The notes under the pieces: generated by a model | The model's input: the letters and a program-made list of their open reading frames with translations, nothing else | Database searches by the model: none | Told to the model about the DNA's origin: nothing | Translations under genes and position numbers: made by a program | In this document: piece after piece, positions 1 through 9,600 of the stretch | How positions within the stretch are numbered: position 1 is the stretch's first letter | Layout: the number at the start of each line of letters is the position of its first letter | From: Corynebacterium glutamicum ATCC 13032 | Lineage (GTDB): Bacteria > Actinomycetota > Actinomycetes > Mycobacteriales > Mycobacteriaceae | DNA length: 32,000 nucleotides | Direction: 5' to 3' | Assembly: GCF_000011325.1 (NCBI RefSeq) | Contig: NC_003450.3 | Location: 3,270,001-3,302,000, forward strand

Positions 1-2
1 AG

Positions 3-1097
3 CCCGCGCAGTGGGCCACAGCCAACCCCGAATACCAGCGCCTCGACGACGCCGGCCTGCCATATTCTGTCCTTGCCGGAAACCACGATGTTGGCCACAC
101 CAGCAATGACTACACCGAATTCAGCCGACACTTCGGCGAACAGCGCTACGTAGACAACCCGTGGTACGGCGAATCCTACCAAGACAACCGAGGGCACTAC
201 GATCTATTTTCTGCCGGCGGAATTGACTTCATTAACGTAGCGATGGGCTGGGGTCCAGACGACGAAGAAATCGCGTGGATGAACGAGGTCCTGGCCAAGC
301 ATCCCGAGCGTGTGGCGATCCTCAACCTCCACGAATTCATGCTCACCACCGGCGGACTTGGCCCGATCCCGCAGCGCATTCTCGACGAGGTCGCAGCCAC
401 CAACCCAAATGTCAGCATGATCATGTCCGGCCACTACCACGACGCATTCCAACGCACCGACTCCTTTGACGACGATGGTGATGGAGTAGATGACCGCACC
501 GTCACCTCTATGCTTTTCGATTACCAAGGCCTACCGGAGGGCGGACAGGGGTACCTCCGACTTCTCCACTTTGATAACCAAGGCCAAAAGATGATGGTGC
601 GCACCTATTCACCATCCCTGAAGGATTACAACTCTGATGAACCCTCACTGTTGGGGCCTGCAGAAGACCCCAACATGTATCAAGAATTCGAAGTGTCCTA
701 CGAGCAGCTCGGCATCAAACCAGAGGGCCGCACCCTGATCGGCGATTCCTTCAGCGCCGATTTCTTGACCTCCAATGAAATTGGAATAGTTGATGAGGTT
801 CCTTCTGGAACGATCGCTTCCACGAACTGGAAGGACGTAACCGAAGGTCGCCACAGTTGGTATGTTCGCTCCGAGGATCCTTTCGGCGGCGTCGAGATTT
901 CACCCGTGCAGTCCTTCATTGCCGGGGAAGAGGCTGGCGGGAACGCGCCCGGCACTGGAAGCTCCAATGGCGGTTCATCCCACGGATTATGGGGTGCGCT
1001 TGCGGGATTCTTTGCCGGAGCGGCAGCCCTGGCTGGAGCTGCGATCGCATTTGTCCCCGGAATTTGGGACTATGTGACCAACGCATTCAAGCGATAA
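3..1097 (+). CDS. phoC: Secreted/cell-surface calcineurin-like metallophosphoesterase, 5'-partial (frame open to the window edge)
   Basis: Frame 3 is open from nt 3. GNHD motif at 78-89 and SGHYHD further on, typical of metallophosphoesterases. C-terminal Gly/Ala-rich hydrophobic anchor (GLWGALAGFFAGAAALAGAAIAFV). The symbol comes from remembered synteny with the lipoprotein gene and proP in C. glutamicum and is tentative. Confidence 0.7.
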   Translation, partial: PAQWATANPEYQRLDDAGLPYSVLAGNHDVGHTSNDYTEFSRHFGEQRYVDNPWYGESYQDNRGHYDLFSAGGIDFINVAMGWGPDDEEIAWMNEVLAKHPERVAILNLHEFMLTTGGLGPIPQRILDEVAATNPNVSMIMSGHYHDAFQRTDSFDDDGDGVDDRTVTSMLFDYQGLPEGGQGYLRLLHFDNQGQKMMVRTYSPSLKDYNSDEPSLLGPAEDPNMYQEFEVSYEQLGIKPEGRTLIGDSFSADFLTSNEIGIVDEVPSGTIASTNWKDVTEGRHSWYVRSEDPFGGVEISPVQSFIAGEEAGGNAPGTGSSNGGSSHGLWGALAGFFAGAAALAGAAIAFVPGIWDYVTNAFKR

Positions 1098-1110
1098 TTA
1101 TGGATAGGTA

Positions 1111-1144
1111 AACGCTCTACACGGTTTAAGTGTGGAGCGTTTTT
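1111..1144 (+). terminator. Rho-independent terminator of the phosphoesterase gene
   Basis: aacgctctacac (1111-1122) pairs with gtgtggagcgtt (1130-1141) with one mismatch and a 7-nt loop, followed by a T-run to 1144, 14 nt after the stop. Confidence 0.7.
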
Positions 1145-1282
1145 CAATGTTTCACGTGAAACATTGCAACAAAAATGGCGCTTTTCGACGCCCCCGCCGC
1201 CTCTTCACCGCTGTTAAGTGGCGGGCATTATGGTTGTCGGGGCGAGATGAACCCTCAATGTTTCACGTGAAACATTGAGGGT
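1145..1282. repeat. Twin perfect palindromes sharing the core CAATGTTTCACGTGAAACATTG, flanking a GC-rich ~84-bp spacer (MITE-like or operator pair)
   Basis: 22-bp perfect palindrome at 1145-1166. The same 22-mer lies inside a 32-bp perfect palindrome at 1251-1282. The centres are 111 bp apart. Confidence 0.8.
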
Positions 1283-1392
1283 TTTACACCCAATTAAGAA
1301 AAAATGAATTAAACCAAAACTTCTTAATCGCAGGGGTTAAGGTAAGTTCAGCTAATCAATGAAACTTCCCCTTTCAGCCCGTTGAAGAACCA

Positions 1393-2481
1393 ATGAGCCC
1401 TGCCCGCACCCAGCCCCGAGCGGCTTTCCTAAGGAAGCTCCGACCCATCACATGTAGCCTTTCCTTGGTTCTCGTAGGGTGCAGCAACACGGCAGAGTCC
1501 ACGACCACCGATACGGCAGGCTCCACTGAAACTTCATCACAGATTTCACCCACCACTCCAGTCAGCACCACCGAAGCAGCGCCGCCTGAAGATCCAAGCG
1601 CAAACGCTTTGGAAGAGTATGCTCAGATCCTTGCCAATCCAAGCATCTACCCCTTAACCGAAATTTCACAATTCGTCCCCACAGGCACATATGCCTACAC
1701 ACTTGTTGAAGCAACTTCCGATTCCATCCCAGAACTACTACTCCGCGCCGATAGTCACGAATTCGCGCCAATTTTGGTTTTCACCTATGACGAAAACACA
1801 CAATCCGCAACCCAAGCTGGAGGAGTCCTAATTGACGGTGTCGCCAGCGCCGGCGGTTCACGAGTCAAGGTCAGAGCTTCAAATTCAGGAGCAGGAATCT
1901 ACCAATTGAATTGGTACTCGATACAACCAGTTGGCGAAAGCTCTTTGTACGGAATCCAAGGAAACTCCCTGACACAAATCGCAGACCCCGAGGATTTCAT
2001 GGTCCGTGAACTATTACCTGACCACCACGAAATTACCTGGGTTGATTCCAACGACCCCTCCGGCCTATCAACCGTTCAGACTGGTGGAGCCAACATTCAA
2101 CAAGCAGCCCCAACTCCCGTTCAACAGCCTGCGTCAAACCTGCACTACTTCTCTGGTGTAGTAACGATGCAGACCGCCGGCGAACTCATGCGAGGTGAAC
2201 GAACTCCCAATGGTGAGCCTGCCACTGATCTCTATCTCGTACTGGTCCTTGATTCCCCAATTGAAATCACAGCACGAAACGCAGCTACAGACCCTCAGAC
2301 TCGTACCATTTCCGAAGTCAGCCTCGGCCGATACATCCCCGCTGATGGTGACAATGATTGGATAGGCTACCTCGACACCCACGTGGAAATCACTGCAACA
2401 ACGGATCAGGTCTGGTTCCCAACCGACACCGGTCTACCTCTTGGAATGCTTCGTCTAGCGGACTACAAAAGCATCTCATAA
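1393..2481 (+). CDS. Putative secreted lipoprotein, function unknown
   Basis: 362-aa ORF. The N-terminal signal ends in the lipobox LVGC, followed by a Thr/Ser/Pro-rich linker. No recognisable catalytic motifs. Confidence 0.7.
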   Translation: MSPARTQPRAAFLRKLRPITCSLSLVLVGCSNTAESTTTDTAGSTETSSQISPTTPVSTTEAAPPEDPSANALEEYAQILANPSIYPLTEISQFVPTGTYAYTLVEATSDSIPELLLRADSHEFAPILVFTYDENTQSATQAGGVLIDGVASAGGSRVKVRASNSGAGIYQLNWYSIQPVGESSLYGIQGNSLTQIADPEDFMVRELLPDHHEITWVDSNDPSGLSTVQTGGANIQQAAPTPVQQPASNLHYFSGVVTMQTAGELMRGERTPNGEPATDLYLVLVLDSPIEITARNAATDPQTRTISEVSLGRYIPADGDNDWIGYLDTHVEITATTDQVWFPTDTGLPLGMLRLADYKSIS

Positions 2482-2529
2482 ACCGACGCAGCACTCGTCG
2501 ATAAGCACTTTTCGACTCCCCCGGCCACC

Positions 2530-2556
2530 AAAAAAGCCCGCCTTGCAGCGGGCTTT
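2530..2556 (-). terminator. Bidirectional rho-independent terminator (mainly proP; also the lipoprotein gene)
   Basis: aaagcccgc (2533-2541) pairs with gcgggcttt (2548-2556) with a 6-nt loop. Read on the minus strand it is followed by TTTTTT. It sits between convergent genes. Confidence 0.75.
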
Positions 2557-2560
2557 ACGG

Positions 2561-4075
2561 TTATGCGTTTTGCTTTTCAGCACCTACGTTTTCCTCATCA
2601 GGAAACGGCATATGGGAAAGATCAATATTTGGATCCTCGTCCTGGTTCTTCACGATCTCCACGGCCTCAGACTTGGTTTCCACGGTTGGGAATGAGCCAA
2701 GCAGTGGCTTCTGTGAAGACTCGGTCATGAACAGCAGCGCCACACCTGCGATTGCAGAGAAGAACATGATGTAGAGCGCTGGAACGATATCCAGGCCAGT
2801 CTTCTGCAGCAGGAACTGGGTGATCAGCGGGGTTGTACCACCGAACAACGACACGGAAATGTTGTAGGAAATACCCATTCCAGAGAATCGTGACGCGGTT
2901 GGGAACAGCGCTGGCAGGGCAGATGCGGACAGTGCCACATACAAACCGGTTGGAATAGCAACCATGGACAGTGCAATCAGTACGGCGCCGATGGTTCCGG
3001 TGTTCATGATCAAGAAGGCAGGAACCATCAAGATCAGCGTTGCCGCAACAGCAGTCGCGTAGACAGGCTTGCGGCCCACGCGGTCACTCCACATACCAAC
3101 AAATGGCAGCAGCAGGGACATAACAACCAGAATCGGCACGGTCACAGCGGCAGCGGATGCGGAGTGCAGACCGATCTGCTCCTCTAGATACACAGGCATG
3201 TAACTGGTTAGCGCGTAACCGGCGGTGTTGGTCGCTGCCACAATCGCAATACCAATCAGCAGTGGACGCCAGTGGTGGCGGATAACACCAGCCAGGCCCA
3301 GGCGTGCATAAGGATCTTCAGTGTCCTTTTCAACAACTGCATTTGGCTCGTCTTGGTTGTTCTCAAACGCAGGGGTCTCAGGGATACGAGTACGCAGGTA
3401 CACCGCAATGATGCCCAGCGGGATCGCAGTCAGGAAAGGAATACGCCAACCGAAATCCTCCATGGCAGTTGCGCCATAGAAGTGAGTGGTCACCCAGGTA
3501 GTAATCGCCACGACCGAAGCACCCGCGGCAAAGCCCAGGTAGGAACCCATATCTAGGAAAGCTCCGAAGAAACCTCGTCGACGATCCGGCGCAAACTCAG
3601 CAACATAGGTGGTCGCACCAGCATATTCACCACCAGTCGAAAATCCCTGCACCATCTTCAACAGGTACAAAAGCACCAAAGCCCAAGCGCCTATCGACGC
3701 CGCCGTCGGCAGCAAGCCAATCAGCGCCGTAGACACGGCCATCATGGCCATGGTTACGTACAAAACCTTCTGGCGGCCAACCTTATCGCCAAGCGGACCC
3801 AGAACCAGGCCACCAAGCGGGCGAACTAAATAAGACACCGCGAAACCAAACATCACGGCCAACAACTGCCATTCTTGCGGCAGGCCTTGGGTAAATACTG
3901 CGGTCATCGTGACCGTCAAATAACCATAAATTCCGAAGTCGTACCACTCCATGAAGTTACCCACCACAGTGCCTTTAATGGCCGGACGGATCTTCTTTGG
4001 GGGAACAACGTTGACGTCATCGACTGTTAGTCTTGGTTCGTTCTTGATTTTCTTTTTTGAGCGAATCGGGCTCAC
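2561..4075 (-). CDS. proP: Proline/betaine (compatible solute) MHS-family MFS symporter ProP
   Basis: 504-aa ORF with about 12 TM segments, the MHS signature region (GWRIPFL) and an extended acidic cytoplasmic C-terminus, as in osmoregulated ProP. Confidence 0.85.
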   Translation of the reverse strand: MSPIRSKKKIKNEPRLTVDDVNVVPPKKIRPAIKGTVVGNFMEWYDFGIYGYLTVTMTAVFTQGLPQEWQLLAVMFGFAVSYLVRPLGGLVLGPLGDKVGRQKVLYVTMAMMAVSTALIGLLPTAASIGAWALVLLYLLKMVQGFSTGGEYAGATTYVAEFAPDRRRGFFGAFLDMGSYLGFAAGASVVAITTWVTTHFYGATAMEDFGWRIPFLTAIPLGIIAVYLRTRIPETPAFENNQDEPNAVVEKDTEDPYARLGLAGVIRHHWRPLLIGIAIVAATNTAGYALTSYMPVYLEEQIGLHSASAAAVTVPILVVMSLLLPFVGMWSDRVGRKPVYATAVAATLILMVPAFLIMNTGTIGAVLIALSMVAIPTGLYVALSASALPALFPTASRFSGMGISYNISVSLFGGTTPLITQFLLQKTGLDIVPALYIMFFSAIAGVALLFMTESSQKPLLGSFPTVETKSEAVEIVKNQDEDPNIDLSHMPFPDEENVGAEKQNA

Positions 4076-4451
4076 GAGTAAAACCTCTCGTCATATCTTA
4101 TGAGTGCATAACGGAATGTTTGTTTGTAGATGATCATCATCCAACGCACCCCTGGGCGGTGTTAACTTCTTCCTGTAAGACTCCTTAAAGCTTTGCCTAT
4201 AAAAGGGAAGTGAAAACACCACCTCTCTTTTCAACATGAATCGACCTTAGTAAGGTTCGGGGTGAAAAGTCAGATCGTTTTCAAGTCTGGGAGCTGGAAG
4301 AATGCAAAAAGACCCCACACTCATGCAGGTGAGCGGGGGTGGGTTACAAATTGGTCACATTTCCAGATCTGTCTGAAAAATCAATAAATTCAGGCTCTTC
4401 ACGGCCTGTGTGGGGAAGTTTTCTTATATTTTTCTTGGGAAAGTTACTGTT

Positions 4452-4475
4452 TTCGGTGCCGTGGAGGGCACCGAA
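4452..4475 (-). terminator. Terminator-like hairpin downstream of the SPFH gene
   Basis: ttcggtgcc (4452-4460) pairs with ggcaccgaa (4467-4475) with a 6-nt loop, 10 nt after the stop. There is no clean T-run on the minus strand. Confidence 0.35.
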
Positions 4476-4485
4476 ATGGGCAACT

Positions 4486-5232
4486 TTATGCCTTTGAGTC
4501 ACCCTCCCGAACCTCAATTGTGGATCCCGGTGGGAGCGCTTCAATCATCCGAATTTTGGCAAGAATCGGATTTTGCTCCAACACTTTCGCGCTGGCAAGT
4601 CGAGCACGGGTAGTTTTCACTTCATTTCGTGCACGTTCCAGATCAGTTTCGGCTTGAATTTTCGCAACGATCGATTCCTGCAACGCTCCCGAGTACTCCT
4701 GGGGAAGATTCAGATCCTTCAGCAAGATTGACGAGACTTCCACGCCCACATTCTTCGCAGCAGCTTGAGCAGCCACCAAAACAGGCTCTAGATCAATGCG
4801 CACCCCGATGAAATCCTCCAAAGGCATAGCGATAACCATTTCCCGCAATGCGATCTGAGCTGCCAAATAAATCTCTTCATCCGGGTTCTGTGAATCCGCG
4901 ACGAACTTCACCGGATCAATCGTGGCAGCGGTGAGCGCCATGGTGATGGTTACGGCCATCGCATCCGCTGTAGGAATTGATTGGGGATGGACCTGAATCA
5001 GTCGCCTGCGCAAATCTACCTGTCGGAACTGATCCCCAGGGCGAGAAAACTCACGACCTTGCATGCGCGAGATCTCACCGGCACGCTGGCGCAACACGGC
5101 ATGTCCAACCCGAGCAACCGGCGAGCGCAGGGCAGAAGTGCGCCACAGACCCTGACTGGGATCATTGATGAGCTGGCCAGCCTGGTGCATGCTCCACCCA
5201 AAATCCTGCGACCGCGACCTGAAAATACCCAT
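4486..5232 (-). CDS. SPFH/band-7 (stomatin/prohibitin-like) domain protein
   Basis: 248-aa ORF. The central part matches the SPFH pattern (QSIPTADAMAVTITMALTAATIDPVKFV ... LEDFIGVR ... VEVSSILLKDLNLPQEY) and is followed by a coiled-coil-like tail. No N-terminal TM helix is visible. Confidence 0.6.
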   Translation of the reverse strand: MGIFRSRSQDFGWSMHQAGQLINDPSQGLWRTSALRSPVARVGHAVLRQRAGEISRMQGREFSRPGDQFRQVDLRRRLIQVHPQSIPTADAMAVTITMALTAATIDPVKFVADSQNPDEEIYLAAQIALREMVIAMPLEDFIGVRIDLEPVLVAAQAAAKNVGVEVSSILLKDLNLPQEYSGALQESIVAKIQAETDLERARNEVKTTRARLASAKVLEQNPILAKIRMIEALPPGSTIEVREGDSKA

Positions 5233-5380
5233 ACAATCACCTCAAACGTTTAGCGATTATCGCCGCTCCGGAACCACCAACAGCGGGGCAGCGGTGCGTC
5301 CCCCAAAACTTATAGTTTTAGGATCGGGCCGGGCCACAGGCTATGAGCAGCAAAAATCCGTAGCGACGATAACCTATTCA

Positions 5381-5404
5381 ATGAGTAGTAGGACTTGAAC
5401 CCAC
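5381..5404 (-). other. tRNA 3'-end-like fragment (T-arm plus acceptor strand); not an intact tRNA
   Basis: The minus strand reads GTGGG-TTCAAGT-CCTAC-TACTCAT, i.e. the GGTTCAAGTCC T-loop box flanked by complementary 5-mers. I could not fold the matching 5' acceptor strand or anticodon arm upstream. Confidence 0.3.
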
Positions 5405-5513
5405 TTAGATCCTGAAATCTGTGCCAATGCCATCGCATCAGTTCAATCGGGAACACCCCGGAAATCCGGAAGTGCCCAGCAACCACAATGCGAAGCACCC
5501 GCCAGAATAGCGC

Positions 5514-5538
5514 AGCCCCTATCCAAAGGATAGGGGCT
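5514..5538. terminator. Strong isolated hairpin (11-bp stem, AAA loop); terminator-like, orientation unclear
   Basis: agcccctatcc (5514-5524) pairs with ggataggggct (5528-5538). Only a weak T-run on either side. Confidence 0.3.
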
Positions 5539-5599
5539 TAATCAATTTGTTGTGATTAACCAACCAAAAAGGCGCTTTTCGACGCCGCGGTGCTGGAAT

Positions 5600-6571
5600 T
5601 TAAGTGCGAGCTCTCCATTGAAGTGAAGCCGCCAATAGATCCGCAGCCAGCAGATTATTGTGAAACCTCCGGAAAATTGTTCCACCATGCCGCATGAGCT
5701 TGACGTTTAGCTCATAGGCTAGATCCAGCATGAGGTCCAGATGTGGAAATTCCAAGTCCCCAAAAATGATGGCCTCTAAACCTTCCAAGGTGAAATACCA
5801 TGCGGTCACTTCAGAAGCTTTATATCGATTATGGTGTTCCACTTGCCAAAATCCATCCGGGTGGGATAGCTCATCTGCCGATATTGAAGAGCGGGCAGTA
5901 TTGATGAAAATTTCAACATTCGGTGCCTGCTTATCCCGATCATCAAATGCAACAAACGTTTCCAGCATCCCAGCGCTAAGCGCTAATAAGCGTTGATGGT
6001 TCTTAGACTTATTAGTAGTGGGCATTGCTGAACAAACCCATAAATGACGTTGGGTATTAAAGGGATCTGGATAAGTTTGATAGAGGTACCACCCAACAAC
6101 ATCTCGAAGTGGGCGATAATTTGGCTGTTGTGCAAGCTGAACAAATTTGGCGGACTCTGTACTAACTACATAGCTACCTGGTGGAATTCTTTTCTCACGA
6201 TCCCAGGACAATGGGGAAGAGACTCCATTTTCACTATCAAAAACAAAGTCTTCCTCCCCACGAGGTTTGCCCGCATCCCTGATATTTCGAACTGAGGTAG
6301 ATTCCTCAGTCATGGAAATCAAGGTCTTTTCCAAAGGATTCAAGTCTTCATTGGCAAAGGGAAAGAATTCCAGGGAAATAATGTCATCCCATCGTCGACG
6401 ATGTCCCGTAAAGCGGTTCACCACATTCACCGACTGCCCAACATAGGCTTCACCTGTAGCAAAGCTCAGCCGATAGAGCCCTCTAAAATGTGGCTCATCA
6501 CGAAGTACAAAAGCGATCGATTCCAAATCCCGGACATCGAATCTTTTCCCTGTGAAAAACTGCTTTTCCAT
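5600..6571 (-). CDS. GIY-YIG nuclease-domain protein with an uncharacterised C-terminal domain
   Basis: 323-aa ORF. The N-terminal GLY-RLSFATGEA-YVG-QSVNVVNRFTGHRRR fits the GIY-(10-11 aa)-YIG spacing plus the downstream Arg/His. Residues from about 120 to 323 match nothing I recognise. AT-rich codon usage. Confidence 0.6.
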   Translation of the reverse strand: MEKQFFTGKRFDVRDLESIAFVLRDEPHFRGLYRLSFATGEAYVGQSVNVVNRFTGHRRRWDDIISLEFFPFANEDLNPLEKTLISMTEESTSVRNIRDAGKPRGEEDFVFDSENGVSSPLSWDREKRIPPGSYVVSTESAKFVQLAQQPNYRPLRDVVGWYLYQTYPDPFNTQRHLWVCSAMPTTNKSKNHQRLLALSAGMLETFVAFDDRDKQAPNVEIFINTARSSISADELSHPDGFWQVEHHNRYKASEVTAWYFTLEGLEAIIFGDLEFPHLDLMLDLAYELNVKLMRHGGTIFRRFHNNLLAADLLAASLQWRART

Positions 6572-6623
6572 AGTTACATACTGCGCTACACCTGCTTAAA
6601 AGGTCCGAAATTGAACATAAAAT

Positions 6624-6658
6624 TGCAGCTTCCAGAAGTCACACTTCTGGAAGCTGCA
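6624..6658 (-). terminator. Rho-independent terminator of the Type ISP gene
   Basis: Perfect 16-bp stem, tgcagcttccagaagt (6624-6639) with acttctggaagctgca (6643-6658), and a 3-nt loop. Read on the minus strand it is followed by attttatgttcaattt. It lies 10 nt after the stop. Confidence 0.75.
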
Positions 6659-6668
6659 GTAGGAAAAC

Positions 6669-9600
6669 TCAAAGCTCCTCTACAATTCTCATGGTCTCAA
6701 CGGCAACGCGGGTGACCTTAGCAATCAGCTCCACAATGTAGCGAGGGTTACCCACTTCATCAGCCCAATCATTGGGATCATTAACAATGCCGGACGCCTT
6801 ATCTTTCTTCACCTGGTAACGGTCAATAAGCCATGCGATGGCAGAACGTGAACCTAGTTGATAGTTTTCAGCTTCTTCGGGGATGCCGCTGATGGTGATT
6901 GAGCTGTTGTAAATCAAGGTGGTATGGTCCTCCACCAATTTCTTGGTCTCTGGATCACGAACCTTAGCCCACTTCATCTTGGTAACACGCCAGGTCTCAC
7001 GATCCGTGGGATCAGCTTTTTCTTTGACCTTTACCTCCACATCCCATGGTTCAACATCTTCATAGTTGATATGAAGATCCATCAATTCCTTGCCGGCTGT
7101 CACAAAGTGATCAAAGCGTGCGCGATCAGTAGGGGTTTCAATATGTGGCAGCATCTTCTTTAGATCAGCCGCATAGGCCTCACGATAGGCAGGATCATGC
7201 AACTGTGCATAAACAAAGTAGAAGATGTCATCCTTGGTGACATCCTCACCCAAGCTTGATTGGTAGAGCTTTAAGATCTCGTCGGTGATGTTATCGACGC
7301 GCCGGTAACCGTCAAGGATCTCGCCTTCAACTCCCTTTTTTGGGGTTGTGGAGAAAAGTCCATTACCGAAGTCTAATTCGCCTTCTCGAGTTTCGATGGG
7401 TTCCCAAGTCCATCGGGTAAAGAACTGTCCGGCGTTAGAACCCCACATAGCAAGATCTGGAAGTAGATTTGTTGCAAGGGTAGAGAATGGCTTGGCACTA
7501 CCTGGGTTGACGATATAAAAGCCCTGGTTGTCATGTTCCGGGGTCGGGAACATTGACGGTAACTGGTATCGACGCTGGTTCAATGAAACATGGAAGTATG
7601 TCTGTTGAGGGAAAAATGGACGATACAAGGACATTTGGATGCTGCTTGGATCAAAAGAAAAAGTATCACCGCGTGACAAGGACATTTTTAGATTGGAATC
7701 CCAGGATATTTTCTTGCTATCCGCTAAATCAGGGTTCTGCTTAAGGAATTGATTAACGTCAGCTTCCTTAGGAGATGTCACTCCGTTATCCACAACCCAC
7801 GAATTAAACCGTTGCTGAGCTTGTTCATAGGTTTCTAATAACCGGGTGATATTAGTTTTTACCTGCGCAGATGTTGGCCCATAGCACCAGGCATCGCGGC
7901 CAGTCTTTAGACCAGCAGAAAAGGTTTGAAAAACCTTTAATGCAGATTTGTTTTTCTTATCACCGAGTACAGGCCAGGTATCAAAATCTACAGAGCGCTG
8001 GCTGATCCAATCTCCATATTCATTAGGCGAAATAGTCTGCCACTCAGCGCCCTCAATTGTGGCAACGGCAATCTCGTTCAACTTCGCATCCGCGCTGAGA
8101 TTGTCACCAATATCTTTATAAAGAATCCTGCAACCAGACAATTGTGGGTTTTTCACGGCAACAATGATTTGAGTACCCACACGGACATTAAAGACGTTGC
8201 CGCCCTCGCGCTTAGCCAAATCACCACCTGTTCGGGAATTGCCACGAAGGTTGAAAACATAAATCTCGGAGAAGTCCTGTGCCAAACTTAGGCGCACACC
8301 ATCAGCGGTATTGCCGTCAACCCAACCGTTGTTAGAAACAAAAGCAACAACCCCTTGTGTGTGAATACGATCTGTTGCCCACCGGAAAGCACGTAAATAG
8401 GAGTCGTACAGAGAGTTCTTATTTGTTGCGGTCGAATACTTCGCATAAGAATCTTCAATACGTCGATCAAGAGTGGGGTACTTGAGGTTTGCGTTATTGT
8501 CATTCGCACTCGATTGCCCCACAGAGTAAGGCGGGTTACCCACAATAACCTGTACAGGAGTAAGTCTCTGACGCTCCATACGGTCATTGTTAGCAGTAAA
8601 AACATCTAGATCGAGTTTGTCATCGTCTTCATACATCTGGAAGGTATCACCCAACACAATGCCATCAAACGGCTCATAGACCGGCGCATCTTCACCATTA
8701 CGCAGAGCACGCTCTCCCTCGAGACCAAAATAAGTGGTCTCAATGTTAACGGCCGCAACATAATAGGCAAGCAACATGATCTCAGTAGCGTGCAGCTCAT
8801 TGGCATATTTACGGGCCAAATCTTCAGGCTTAATTAGACCTGACTGCAATAAACGCACCATAAAAGTACCCGTACCGGTGAAAGGATCAAGAACATGGAC
8901 ATCTTTATCGCTTAAGCCACGACCAAAATGCTTCTTGGACACATCATCGGCAGCTCGCAGAATAAAGTCCACGATCTCAACAGGGGTATAGACAATACCT
9001 AGAGCTTCAGATTGCTTTTTAAAGGCCTTTTTAAAGAATCGTTCGTAGAGGTCTTTAATTACTGCTTGTTTACCAGCTGCGGAGCTTACTTCAGCAGCAC
9101 GGATACGAACAGAGTCATAGAACTTCTCAAGTTTTTCCGTTTCAGAGTTAAGTTCAGCACTATTAAGAGCATCTGCCATGCGTTGCATAACCTGGGAAAC
9201 AGGGTTTTGCTTAGCGAAGCTTGATTCAGCAAATAGAGCGTCAAACACTGGTGCGGTGATCAGATGCTGTGACAACATGCTGATTGCCTCGTCGTCAGAG
9301 ATGGACTCATTGAGGTTGCCACGTAGACCTTCAACAAATCGCTCGAACTCTTCTTTGATCGTTGGTGAAGCATTGTCTAAGAGCGCTTTAATACGGGTTA
9401 TTTGTGCTTGGGCGATGTCAGCAACATCATCTGCCCAATCTTCCCAGTAGGTTCGGGTACCAACTTTATCTACAAGCTTGGTGTAGATCGCTTCTTGCCA
9501 CTGTTCTAAAGAGAACAGTACGTATTGTGTAGCGGATTCAGCACTGTCATAGGGTGCGTTATCTCTATCTTTACTTGTAGGGCCAGTATGCTCAGTCTCA

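Noticed and set aside
4076-4485. Small ORFs (66 and 67 aa) in the proP upstream region
   Set aside because: They overlap each other on opposite strands and have no RBS or motifs. The region is more plausibly the proP promoter/leader plus the SPFH terminator.
5381-5470. Possible complete tRNA gene on the minus strand
   Set aside because: Only the T-arm and 3' acceptor strand can be recognised. No complementary 5' acceptor strand (ATGAGTA) or 5-bp/7-nt anticodon arm could be folded. It is kept only as a fragment.
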